A program made the translations under genes and the position numbers. The notes below the pieces were generated by a model. That model was not told the DNA's origin, made no database searches, and saw nothing but the letters and a program-made list of their open reading frames with translations. This document shows positions 1-8,218 of a stretch of 64,000 nt of DNA, piece after piece (the first letter of the stretch is position 1; the number at the start of each line of letters is the position of its first letter). The stretch is from a virus. The stretch covers positions 206,182 to 270,181 of the IMG/VR virus record IMGVR_UViG_3300024503_000015; one strand, given 5' to 3'.

Positions 1-880
1 GTCCGCCTGGATGATCTGCTAAGTTTAGCACACCAGTCATATCGCCGCCAGTTTTTAATACAACTTCTGCGGCACGTGGTGCTTGGTTACCTGTGGCGTT
101 TGCTGGCACATTTAAGTGACCAGTCATTGTGTCGCCTGTAATGTTTACATATTTGGAGTCGGCATAACCTTTGTTAATAGCAAAGGAATCTATGCTATAA
201 AGAGTTTCGTGCTGTGTGTTGAAACTATTAACAGCAGTTTGGAAATCTGTTTGATTAATAGGACTGCGTAAGCCGCCGATTAATTGATTACGTGCATCCA
301 GCGCATATTGTAATTTTGGTAATGGGTCGTCCTGTAATTTAGAACTTAATGTATCAATTTTAACGGAACCGTAACTGGTAATAGTACCAGTTGCCGCACT
401 AGTTGATAAGTTTGTTCCTGCGTTTGTATATACTAGAACATTGTCTACTGTGCCAGTTAACAATAGGGCAGAAGTAGTGTTAAATGAAGTATTGTCTGTG
501 GACGCGATTGTAACTCGTTGTCCAGGATCTAAATTGTGGTTTGCTGAAAGTGTAATAGTGGCAACGTTGCTACTTCTTGATACACTAACAATATCAAAGG
601 TTTCTTGCTCGGAATAATCAAACTGGATAGTACCGTTAGGACTGAAAAAGTCTTTGAATACTAAACTAGTACCAATAGAATTAACTACTGGAATCTTATT
701 ACCTTGTCCTACTAATGTATCAGGAGTATCGCTAAGGTCAGTGAACTTTAAAAATCCGCCTTGACCGAAAACAGCATATAACTCTTGGAAGTTTTCATTC
801 GTTTTTCTAAACGCTTCACGGATACTATCACCAGTTCCGTCATTACCTGATACGCCGATGTCGACTATTTTACGTGCCAT
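1..880 (-). CDS. tail fibre protein, N-terminal part (gene runs off window start)
   Basis: Open minus frame from ATG 880-878 (GGAG RBS upstream) to the window edge. Translation MARKIVDIGVSGNDGTGDSIREAFRKTNENFQELY... carries phage tail-fibre repeat motifs (GDTMTGHLNV, GGDMTGVLNL). Absent from the ORF track because there is no stop in the window. Confidence 0.6.
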   Translation of the reverse strand, partial: MARKIVDIGVSGNDGTGDSIREAFRKTNENFQELYAVFGQGGFLKFTDLSDTPDTLVGQGNKIPVVNSIGTSLVFKDFFSPNGTIQFDYSEQETFDIVSVSRSSNVATITLSANHNLDPGQRVTIASTDNTSFNTTSALLLTGTVDNVLVYTNAGTNLSTSAATGTITSYGSVKIDTLSSKLQDDPLPKLQYALDARNQLIGGLRSPINQTDFQTAVNSFNTQHETLYSIDSFAINKGYADSKYVNITGDTMTGHLNVPANATGNQAPRAAEVVLKTGGDMTGVLNLADHPGG

Positions 881-950
881 TGAATACTCCAAAAAAGACT
901 TTGTATCCAATATTTAGCAGATAATTTTATAACCTTAATGTAAATAACTG

Positions 951-1238
951 ATGTTCATACGTATAGATACAGAAAAAAGTCAGCATACACGAACTAGTAA
1001 ACTTGGTCGTGAGCATACTTATGAACGTAAAAAAACTATTGTAGTCCTGCGCTGTGATAACTGCGGTGAAACATTTACTAGGACTAAAGGATCAATGGAT
1101 CCTAATAGGTTAAACAATAATTTCTTTCACTGTTGCCCTAGTTGCGATCCTAAGAGATTTGCACAGAAAAAAGGTGCAGAACGCAAAATCATATGGGATA
1201 AGACTGTTTCGAGCCTGGATGATATTAGTAAACTATAA
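951..1238 (+). CDS. hypothetical protein with CxxC...CxxC zinc-ribbon-like motif
   Basis: 95 aa ORF with CDNCGE and CCPSCD pairs. Confidence 0.3.
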   Translation: MFIRIDTEKSQHTRTSKLGREHTYERKKTIVVLRCDNCGETFTRTKGSMDPNRLNNNFFHCCPSCDPKRFAQKKGAERKIIWDKTVSSLDDISKL

Positions 1239-1242
1239 ATAT
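1235..1242 (+). promoter_or_regulatory. T4-type late promoter motif TATAAATA
   Basis: Exact TATAAATA ~20 nt upstream of ATG 1264. Confidence 0.45.
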
Positions 1243-1263
1243 TTGCTCATGGAGGACACTAGA

Positions 1264-1482
1264 ATGTTGTCATTATTAAAAAAACTATTTGGCGGTAAGT
1301 CTCAAGAAACCGTAGCAGAAGCACCATACAAGGTTGAAGCACCTAAAGTGGAAGAAACTAAAGTAGAAGCACCTGCTCCAGTTGCTGAGGCACCTAAAGC
1401 AGAAGCACCTAAGAAAAAGGCCGCTGGCCGTAAACCAGCAGCCGCAAAAAAGGCTCCTGCTAAGAAAGCCCCTAAGAAGTAA
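1264..1482 (+). CDS. histone H1-like / KAP-repeat lysine-alanine-rich DNA-binding protein
   Basis: Internal ATG 1264 preceded by GGAGGA RBS and a TATAAATA motif. Product consists of AEAPK/AAKKAPAKK repeats. Confidence 0.5.
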   Translation: MLSLLKKLFGGKSQETVAEAPYKVEAPKVEETKVEAPAPVAEAPKAEAPKKKAAGRKPAAAKKAPAKKAPKK

Positions 1483-2599
1483 TCGCTTGTTTGTGTAGTG
1501 CAAACGAGGCTAGATTTTTAGCCTTGCTTTCGCACATAATATCAAACTGATCCCAAAAACTCAGTGCCCATTCGTTCACTGCTGTGTTCCAGTAGAAGTT
1601 CGAATGTGCTCTGAGTTTTGCTTTTTTGTGTCCACTTTCCATTAGTGAAAGTAGGGAGGGAGCGGAGTCTGTGGCATGGCCATTAAGATGCTCTTCCCGT
1701 GAAACACTATAATGTATGACAGGGCGCACACCACGCCAACTATCGATAATCCTTTTAACACGGTCGTCAGTTGCTTCAATATATTCTCCAGTATTAATCC
1801 AATGATGGTGTATGTCTAGCACCAAAGCGAGATCTTTGGCAAGTTCGAGGCTTGAGTCGATTCCCCAGGTGATTTCGTCATTTTCGATGGTGATGCAGTT
1901 TCTTGCTTCGGGGGAAAGTCTCGGGAGGGCACTTTTAATACCGGCTGGACCGGCTCTACCGGCGATGTGGACGTTGATCTTAAAGTCCTGAAATCTTTTA
2001 CCATACCCCATCCATCTCGCCATATCCGCATGATACTCAAACTCCTCTATAGAACGCTGAACAATATCAGGATTGTCGCTTGCCAACACAGTAAATTGAC
2101 CAGGATGAAAACTGAGACGAACGTTGCGGGAACGAGCAATATCTCCCACTTCTGCAAAATGTTTTTGGGCGTATGTCTGCACATCATTTTCACGCCAAAA
2201 CCAGCACCAAGTAGGCTCAGTGTAGACAGGAAGAATATCACTGCTAAGGCGTACCATACGTAAGTCATCATCTAATTGCCCTACCCTTTCTACTAATAAT
2301 TTAGTTGAGTTGATATTTTGTTCAAGCAAAGACCACAATTTTTCAACAGCCACATCTTTGGTTTGACGGTTAAGCCAAGCCACAGTTGTTGCTCCTGTAT
2401 TGTATTTCTTACATTCATCTTTGGGTTTAATACCGTCTACTTGATCTGGACGGTCGATCCATTTACAGGCAAAGCCAATACGTTTGTTCACAAAACTCTC
2501 GATAAAGTTACGATAATATATTATAGCATCGTTACTGCCAGTTGTCAACAATGATTTGGTCCTGGACATCTTCGGGATTTGGTGTTCCGTGGAACGCAA
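1472..2599 (-). CDS. uvdE: UV damage endonuclease UvdE
   Basis: Motifs VRLSSDILP, RLSFHPGQFTVLAS, NVHIAG, IENDE, LDIHHHW and FDIMCESKAKNLASFAL match the UvdE/UvsE TIM-barrel family. Start may be the internal ATG at 2569. Confidence 0.85.
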   Translation of the reverse strand: MRSTEHQIPKMSRTKSLLTTGSNDAIIYYRNFIESFVNKRIGFACKWIDRPDQVDGIKPKDECKKYNTGATTVAWLNRQTKDVAVEKLWSLLEQNINSTKLLVERVGQLDDDLRMVRLSSDILPVYTEPTWCWFWRENDVQTYAQKHFAEVGDIARSRNVRLSFHPGQFTVLASDNPDIVQRSIEEFEYHADMARWMGYGKRFQDFKINVHIAGRAGPAGIKSALPRLSPEARNCITIENDEITWGIDSSLELAKDLALVLDIHHHWINTGEYIEATDDRVKRIIDSWRGVRPVIHYSVSREEHLNGHATDSAPSLLSLMESGHKKAKLRAHSNFYWNTAVNEWALSFWDQFDIMCESKAKNLASFALHKQAITS

Positions 2600-3227
2600 T
2601 TACGCTACAATCCGGGTTCATAGACGGGCTACGCACCGTCTTAAACACGTTTTTACCCTGAACCCTAATCAACTCTTCCCGCTGTCTTATTTCCCACTTG
2701 TAGCTCTGTATCCAAGTTTCAGGGAAAAATTTTATAATACTTTTGTGTGACTGCCAAATCCAATCTTGATCACCTGGGAACTTTTTGGTTAACGCTGGAT
2801 TGTTTTCCAAATCGTCCCAAATATTGCTGAAATGGTTACTGGGCCAACGCAGTACAGCACTACCTAATTTTGGTGGCACACGTCTAAACACTCTGCCTAC
2901 ATCTTCCAAACCAACAAAATTTCCAGGCAGGTACGAAACCAATTTGTCTATATTACCTACAATAACCATATCCAAATCAAAGAACAAATTTACATCACCG
3001 TCTGGAAAATGTCCTTGTTTAAAGATATATGGTTTCCACCACCAACCAGAAAACAGTCCTTTGGGCAAGGGTTTAATTTTAATTGCAGGATTTAAGTTTG
3101 TAGGATCTTCAGTAAAGCAATAAAAATCAAAAGGCACAGTTAAGTGCCTTGAGACCATATTGTAAAGTTTGTTTACATATTCCGGACCGTACTTTGTACC
3201 GTGTTTTAAACTAATGACGTTTAGCAT
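2532..3227 (-). CDS. putative glycosyltransferase (DXD motif)
   Basis: N-terminal KHGTKYGPEYVNKLYNMVSRH and DLDMVIV DxD-like motif. Family not resolved. Confidence 0.4.
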   Translation of the reverse strand: MLNVISLKHGTKYGPEYVNKLYNMVSRHLTVPFDFYCFTEDPTNLNPAIKIKPLPKGLFSGWWWKPYIFKQGHFPDGDVNLFFDLDMVIVGNIDKLVSYLPGNFVGLEDVGRVFRRVPPKLGSAVLRWPSNHFSNIWDDLENNPALTKKFPGDQDWIWQSHKSIIKFFPETWIQSYKWEIRQREELIRVQGKNVFKTVRSPSMNPDCSVIAFHGTPNPEDVQDQIIVDNWQ

Positions 3228-3377
3228 TACCAGTGCCTTATTACACCCGCTACAATGAATATGTTAGTTATTATATAAGTCAATACAATAACAGTTCGAA
3301 TCAATGCAATCCTGTCCGCTTCTTGTTTGGTAACACCGGCTTTCTCTCCTAGTGCCTTGGCCCATAGTCTCCAAAAC

Positions 3378-3935
3378 TTACGTACCATCTTTATAAAAAA
3401 CACTACGACTCTTAGGAGTTTCCCACCATTCGATGCTGTGAACTTTGACGCCTAATTTTTTCATTTTGACATCAACTAATTCTGCCATCCAACTACTTAG
3501 GTGTTCCGATGTTGGAACAAAGTCTACTACCATAAATCCTTCGTAGTATTCTTGTTCAGGACCAGACATATTAGCATAATAGATTGGATGAATATGCCAA
3601 CCTGCAACGTATTCGGTTTCTGGAACATACACTGGAATTAGCTCGACTTTTTCTCCCAGCATCTTAGTAAACAGCGGATCGTTTTTATCAATAATAAATT
3701 GATGATCAATATAAGTGTTGATCCATTTCTTTAGCCATTCTAAATGTCTAAAGTCAGTGACCATTCCAGTTTTATCTAATCCGTCGCCTGTTAAATGAAC
3801 CTGCATTTTACCTTCGTGTCCATGTAAATGTCTGCAAGCACATTTCAAGTCTGCCGCATATTCGCCGTTTAGTGTTTGTGTATGAACACGATGTCCATAA
3901 CAAAATTCAAATGTTTTATCAATGATCCAAGTCAT
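3378..3935 (-). CDS. queD: 6-pyruvoyl-tetrahydropterin synthase / QueD-like protein
   Basis: FEFCYGHRVH and CRHLHGHEG match the QueD/PTPS zinc-ligand and Cys motif. Longer than bacterial QueD. Confidence 0.6.
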   Translation of the reverse strand: MTWIIDKTFEFCYGHRVHTQTLNGEYAADLKCACRHLHGHEGKMQVHLTGDGLDKTGMVTDFRHLEWLKKWINTYIDHQFIIDKNDPLFTKMLGEKVELIPVYVPETEYVAGWHIHPIYYANMSGPEQEYYEGFMVVDFVPTSEHLSSWMAELVDVKMKKLGVKVHSIEWWETPKSRSVFYKDGT

Positions 3936-4025
3936 CTCTTGCCCTTTTTAAGTTAAGTTTGATGACACGCAGAGTATTTAAAGAGGGGTGAGCGTCTAGT
4001 CCTCTATTGATACAGTATATAGGTA

Positions 4026-4664
4026 TTACATTATACTGTCAATAGTTTTGAATTTAACATTTGCCAAAAGCCAACTACTGGGCATCTGCCATTCTGTATT
4101 GTTAAAAACTACAAAGTACTTATCGGGGAAACATTCAAACACGCGAGCAATCTGGTATATCCAATACCTTGGATCCACTGCGGGTTTAGTAGCATCTGCA
4201 TAGTTAGCAGTATCTTTGTAAATGTTATTGACAAACTGTGTTGGGCTGTGTAGATCAAAACCAAATAAGTTTACATGGTCGTCTAGCATAGCGGCTAACA
4301 AAACAGCATACGGACCACTGCCCCATTGAAAAGGCTCGTCAGGTCTAGTAGTGCCCTGGTAAGGCAAGTCTGGTAATATTTTTACAGGATTGTTTTTGTA
4401 GAAGTGTGCCCAATCTTTTCTAGTATAGATTGTGCCAGCAAAGTGGCTATCCAGTGCTTCTTGTACCATACGTCTGTCTACACAGACTAAATGGTCGACT
4501 GAGTAGTCTCTATGTATGGCGTTACAGCCAACTTTAGTTTCTGTAAGTGAATTTAAATCTAAATGTTTTCTGGATTCGCCGTTGCCAAATACAGATATCA
4601 TCTTCCGCCAATATAACCGAACGGCTCCCAAGTACCAGGAGTACCGCTCATTACGCAGATCCAT
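4026..4664 (-). CDS. putative GT42-like (CstII-type sialyltransferase-like) glycosyltransferase
   Basis: ISVFGNGES, VCVDRR and GFDLHSPTQFVNNIYKD resemble the CstII IAGNGPS / CNQF / GIDFY motifs. Real start is probably an internal Met. Confidence 0.4.
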   Translation of the reverse strand: MDLRNERYSWYLGAVRLYWRKMISVFGNGESRKHLDLNSLTETKVGCNAIHRDYSVDHLVCVDRRMVQEALDSHFAGTIYTRKDWAHFYKNNPVKILPDLPYQGTTRPDEPFQWGSGPYAVLLAAMLDDHVNLFGFDLHSPTQFVNNIYKDTANYADATKPAVDPRYWIYQIARVFECFPDKYFVVFNNTEWQMPSSWLLANVKFKTIDSIM

Positions 4665-6211
4665 CCAACGTAACTAGTTCTTACTGGACTGCTATTCCAA
4701 ATGATATCGCCTTTGTTCCAGGCTTTTTCTGTAGGAGCACCTACGCCGTGTGCAAAGCGTTTACCATTGATAACCATCATTCCGTCTACGCTGAATGCCG
4801 CATCTTCTTGTGGGTTGGTAATGTTTACACTTAGTTGTCCATAGATGTTTACATTTCTAGTTGTATTATTTTTGTCACCGATACGGATACTGCCAGCGTT
4901 ATCTACTTCAAAGTCTTCGCCAATGCCAAACTTATCTGCTGTAATACCACTGCTGGATAATCTTAATGTGCCCGAGCCGTCTTTGATTGTTACAGAATTG
5001 TTAATTGTAACTACGCTGTCTTGTACAGTAATGCTGTCTGACAAGTTTACTGTTCCAGCAACATCTAATGATGTCAGTGTGCCTAAACGAGTAAGACTAG
5101 AGTTAACAACGCTAACTCCTAGGTCAGTTCTGTTTAATACACTCTTACCGTCGATCCAGAATTCTTTGTTAATTGCTAATTCAAGACTTTCTGAAGAATA
5201 GATTCTGTCAGGGTTTGGAAGCATAATAAACTGACGTGTACCACCTTCGCCCTTCCATTGCATACCCTTGCCAAAAATACTGTTATCCTTACTGGCTATA
5301 AATTCTATTGGACTAGTTTTTTCGATTCTGATGTCAGATACAATGCTGTCTACTTCTAATCTGCCGTGAACTTTGACTATTGCGCCTTTGCTCTTAGCAT
5401 TGCCAAACTCTGTAGTGTTTCCTGATACTGTAATACGTCTTGTGTTATCGGTAACAATACTGAAACTGTTACTGCCCCAAGTACCTACAAAACCCACTGA
5501 GTCTTGATCCGCACCTAAAATTACTTCTACATTATTGTCAACGGCACTGATAACTGCGTTTGGTTCTTCTGTATTGACACCTAGTCTTCCTAGGGCATTA
5601 ACAAAAACTGTGTCACCTAGGTTTGTTTCGCCTGTAACACGTAGTTCTTCTAAAGGACCCACTGTGCGTAGGTTACTGTCACGTACTGAATTACCTAATC
5701 TTGTGCGCTCTAAAACATCTGTGCCTTCAATTTGATACTTAGAACCTTTGTATAAATCAATAGATTCTGTGCTGAAAATTCTTTTTGGGTTTGCTTTAAA
5801 AACAAACTGATAACTTACATCTGGGCTGTCCCATTGCAAGCCTTTACCATCTAAATCGCTGAGTTGTCTGCTGGCAAAAGAAATGGATTTTGTAAATGAT
5901 TCTAGGCTTTGTTCTGAAATAACATTCTTAACTAACAGCGTATCTGCTTCTAATTTGCCGTTAACTTTTAAGTTAGCAAATTCGCTAGTACCTGCGGCAA
6001 CAATTTTTCCAGCGCCAAGAACGCCTTCTACGTGAATGTTTCCGCTAATTCTGTCAGCACTTAATACGCCAACCTGTACACCTTTATCTGTAACAATCAT
6101 CTGCTCACGTGTAGCAGTATCAGAAATGCCCTTAGATAGTGTGCCACCGTTAGCGGCTGATTTTAGTGCGTCACCTAAATCTTGAAGAATTTTGTCGATG
6201 TTTGAGCTCAT
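4598..6211 (-). CDS. tail fibre protein with internal tandem duplication
   Basis: Start trimmed to ATG 6211 (MSSNIDKILQDLGDAL, an N-terminus shared with the other fibre genes). Two ~100 aa repeats (GKGLQW.../GKGMQW...). Beta-rich C-terminus GTPGTWEPFGYIGG. Confidence 0.6.
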   Translation of the reverse strand: MSSNIDKILQDLGDALKSAANGGTLSKGISDTATREQMIVTDKGVQVGVLSADRISGNIHVEGVLGAGKIVAAGTSEFANLKVNGKLEADTLLVKNVISEQSLESFTKSISFASRQLSDLDGKGLQWDSPDVSYQFVFKANPKRIFSTESIDLYKGSKYQIEGTDVLERTRLGNSVRDSNLRTVGPLEELRVTGETNLGDTVFVNALGRLGVNTEEPNAVISAVDNNVEVILGADQDSVGFVGTWGSNSFSIVTDNTRRITVSGNTTEFGNAKSKGAIVKVHGRLEVDSIVSDIRIEKTSPIEFIASKDNSIFGKGMQWKGEGGTRQFIMLPNPDRIYSSESLELAINKEFWIDGKSVLNRTDLGVSVVNSSLTRLGTLTSLDVAGTVNLSDSITVQDSVVTINNSVTIKDGSGTLRLSSSGITADKFGIGEDFEVDNAGSIRIGDKNNTTRNVNIYGQLSVNITNPQEDAAFSVDGMMVINGKRFAHGVGAPTEKAWNKGDIIWNSSPVRTSYVGWICVMSGTPGTWEPFGYIGGR

Positions 6212-6218
6212 AGTGTAG

Positions 6219-6226
6219 TATTTATA
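6219..6226 (-). promoter_or_regulatory. T4-type late promoter motif TATAAATA (minus strand)
   Basis: Exact motif immediately upstream of the tail fibre start at 6211. Confidence 0.4.
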
Positions 6227-6274
6227 TAGAATCCAACATAGCATAAATATTGGTAACACAGGAATATACCTAAA

Positions 6275-8209
6275 ATGCCAGCAGCCTTTTACGATTTTTT
6301 TAGAAAAATAAGATTTAGACCCAGCGAAAGCGTTACAACTATCCCCAACGCAATTACTGTAGATACTGAAATTGAAGCAGACAGCGTCACGGATACTGCT
6401 ACCATTGTTGCTGGGCAGAATATTGCATTTAGCATTGAGGATAGTTCCACAGCAACGCCTGGACAGACAACTGATACCATTACAATTCATGGTCCAGATT
6501 ATCAAACTTATGTACCGTTAGGCACAACAAAGTTACGTTTAGAGCGCGACCTAGGCGCAGAGACTAGCGATATCGAATTATATCCAGATCCACTAAGTCC
6601 AATTCTTATTACTAGAACTGGCGCAAATCAGATTACAATTGGTTCTAACAGTCCTAGTTTACCATTTAGCCAAGAACAAATTGAAGATTTATCTGCTTCA
6701 CTTTTGACTAACGGAACACATACAGAGTTAACAGTTACCTATCAGGATTCCGTTACTTTGCCATCGACATTTGCTCAAAATGCAACTAGCGGCTCGGGCA
6801 TTAATGCTGTATTCAATATTTCAATTATTAACAATACCTATGTGGCCAGCGTTAGCAATGGTGGTACTGGTTTTGCCGCAGGTAATACCGTAACAGTCTA
6901 TGGAACTAATTTCCCAGGCGGATTGAATCCGGCCAACAATGTAACAATTACTGTAGGCTCTGTTGATGGTAGCGGAACAATTTTAACTATTACTTCTGCA
7001 ACAGGAACTCCAATAGCATCAGATAACATAGATTTGGCTGTTACATCTACACTACAAAATGTTACAAGCCGCGGTGCAACAACTACATCAGCAATTACGA
7101 TTAGTAATGCTACAGGCAGTAGTAATACATCTACTGGCGCATTAAAATTAACCGCCGGCGGCCTTGCTGTATTTGAAAATGCTAACATTGGTGGGTATGT
7201 AAAAGCAACAACATTTGAAAGTACTCAGACAACTGGTACTGCTCCATTTACTGTGGCTAGCACTACCGCTGTGGCAAATTTACAAGCCGCCACTGCAAGT
7301 AAATGGCATACTGCTCGTACAGTTACATTCACAGGCGATGTAACAGGTTCATTCAGCATCGATGGATCGGCAGATGTTACTAGCGTAGCATTAACAGTTG
7401 GCAGTGATACAGTTGCACTTGGTACAGATACTACAGGTAACTATGTTGCTACAGCCGGAGTAAGCGGTAACGGTCTATCAGGAAGTTCGAGTTCAGAAGG
7501 TGGAACATTTACAGTTAGTTCAAATGCTACTGCAAACAACACAGCATCAACTATTGTATTCCGTGATACTAACGGCGACTTTAGTGCAGGCACAATTACA
7601 GCCACAGCGTTTACAGGACCAGCAAGTCAGGTAGCATTAACAGCAACATCGACTAATGCCGCACACTATCTAACATTTGTCGATACAACCACAGGTAACG
7701 AAAATATTAGAACTGATGTAGACTTAGCCTACAATCCTAGCACAAATGTTCTTACAGCAGGGACATTCAGTGGTATTATCAGTGGTAGTACAGTCAGTGC
7801 AAGTAGTACACTTAGCATTGGCACTAGCACAATTGAAACGGTTTCAGTTAACCCAGCGGCACTTACTGGCGCAACAACATTAGATTGCAAAACAAATAGT
7901 GTGTTTTACTATTCCTCTAATGCAGCCGCAAACTGGACACTGAACTTCCGTGGTGACGGAAGTACAACAATGAATACATTCTTAACCACAGGACAGAGTG
8001 TAACAGTAGTATTGCTAGCCACACAAGGCGGCACAGCATACTATCCAACAGCGTTTACTGTCGATGGATCTGCCGTTACTCCTAAATGGTTAGGCGGTGC
8101 CGCACCGACAGGCGGTAATGCTAGTAGCATTGACTCATATTCATTTACAATTATTAAAACAGCCGCAAGTACATATACAATTATTGCTAGTCAGGCTAGA
8201 TTTGCTTAA
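6275..8209 (+). CDS. Ser/Thr/Gly-rich fibrous structural or adhesin-like protein
   Basis: 644 aa low-complexity S/T/G/A-rich protein with a distinct C-terminal domain. Divergent from the fibre gene. Confidence 0.45.
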   Translation: MPAAFYDFFRKIRFRPSESVTTIPNAITVDTEIEADSVTDTATIVAGQNIAFSIEDSSTATPGQTTDTITIHGPDYQTYVPLGTTKLRLERDLGAETSDIELYPDPLSPILITRTGANQITIGSNSPSLPFSQEQIEDLSASLLTNGTHTELTVTYQDSVTLPSTFAQNATSGSGINAVFNISIINNTYVASVSNGGTGFAAGNTVTVYGTNFPGGLNPANNVTITVGSVDGSGTILTITSATGTPIASDNIDLAVTSTLQNVTSRGATTTSAITISNATGSSNTSTGALKLTAGGLAVFENANIGGYVKATTFESTQTTGTAPFTVASTTAVANLQAATASKWHTARTVTFTGDVTGSFSIDGSADVTSVALTVGSDTVALGTDTTGNYVATAGVSGNGLSGSSSSEGGTFTVSSNATANNTASTIVFRDTNGDFSAGTITATAFTGPASQVALTATSTNAAHYLTFVDTTTGNENIRTDVDLAYNPSTNVLTAGTFSGIISGSTVSASSTLSIGTSTIETVSVNPAALTGATTLDCKTNSVFYYSSNAAANWTLNFRGDGSTTMNTFLTTGQSVTVVLLATQGGTAYYPTAFTVDGSAVTPKWLGGAAPTGGNASSIDSYSFTIIKTAASTYTIIASQARFA

Positions 8210-8218
8210 GGTTTAACA

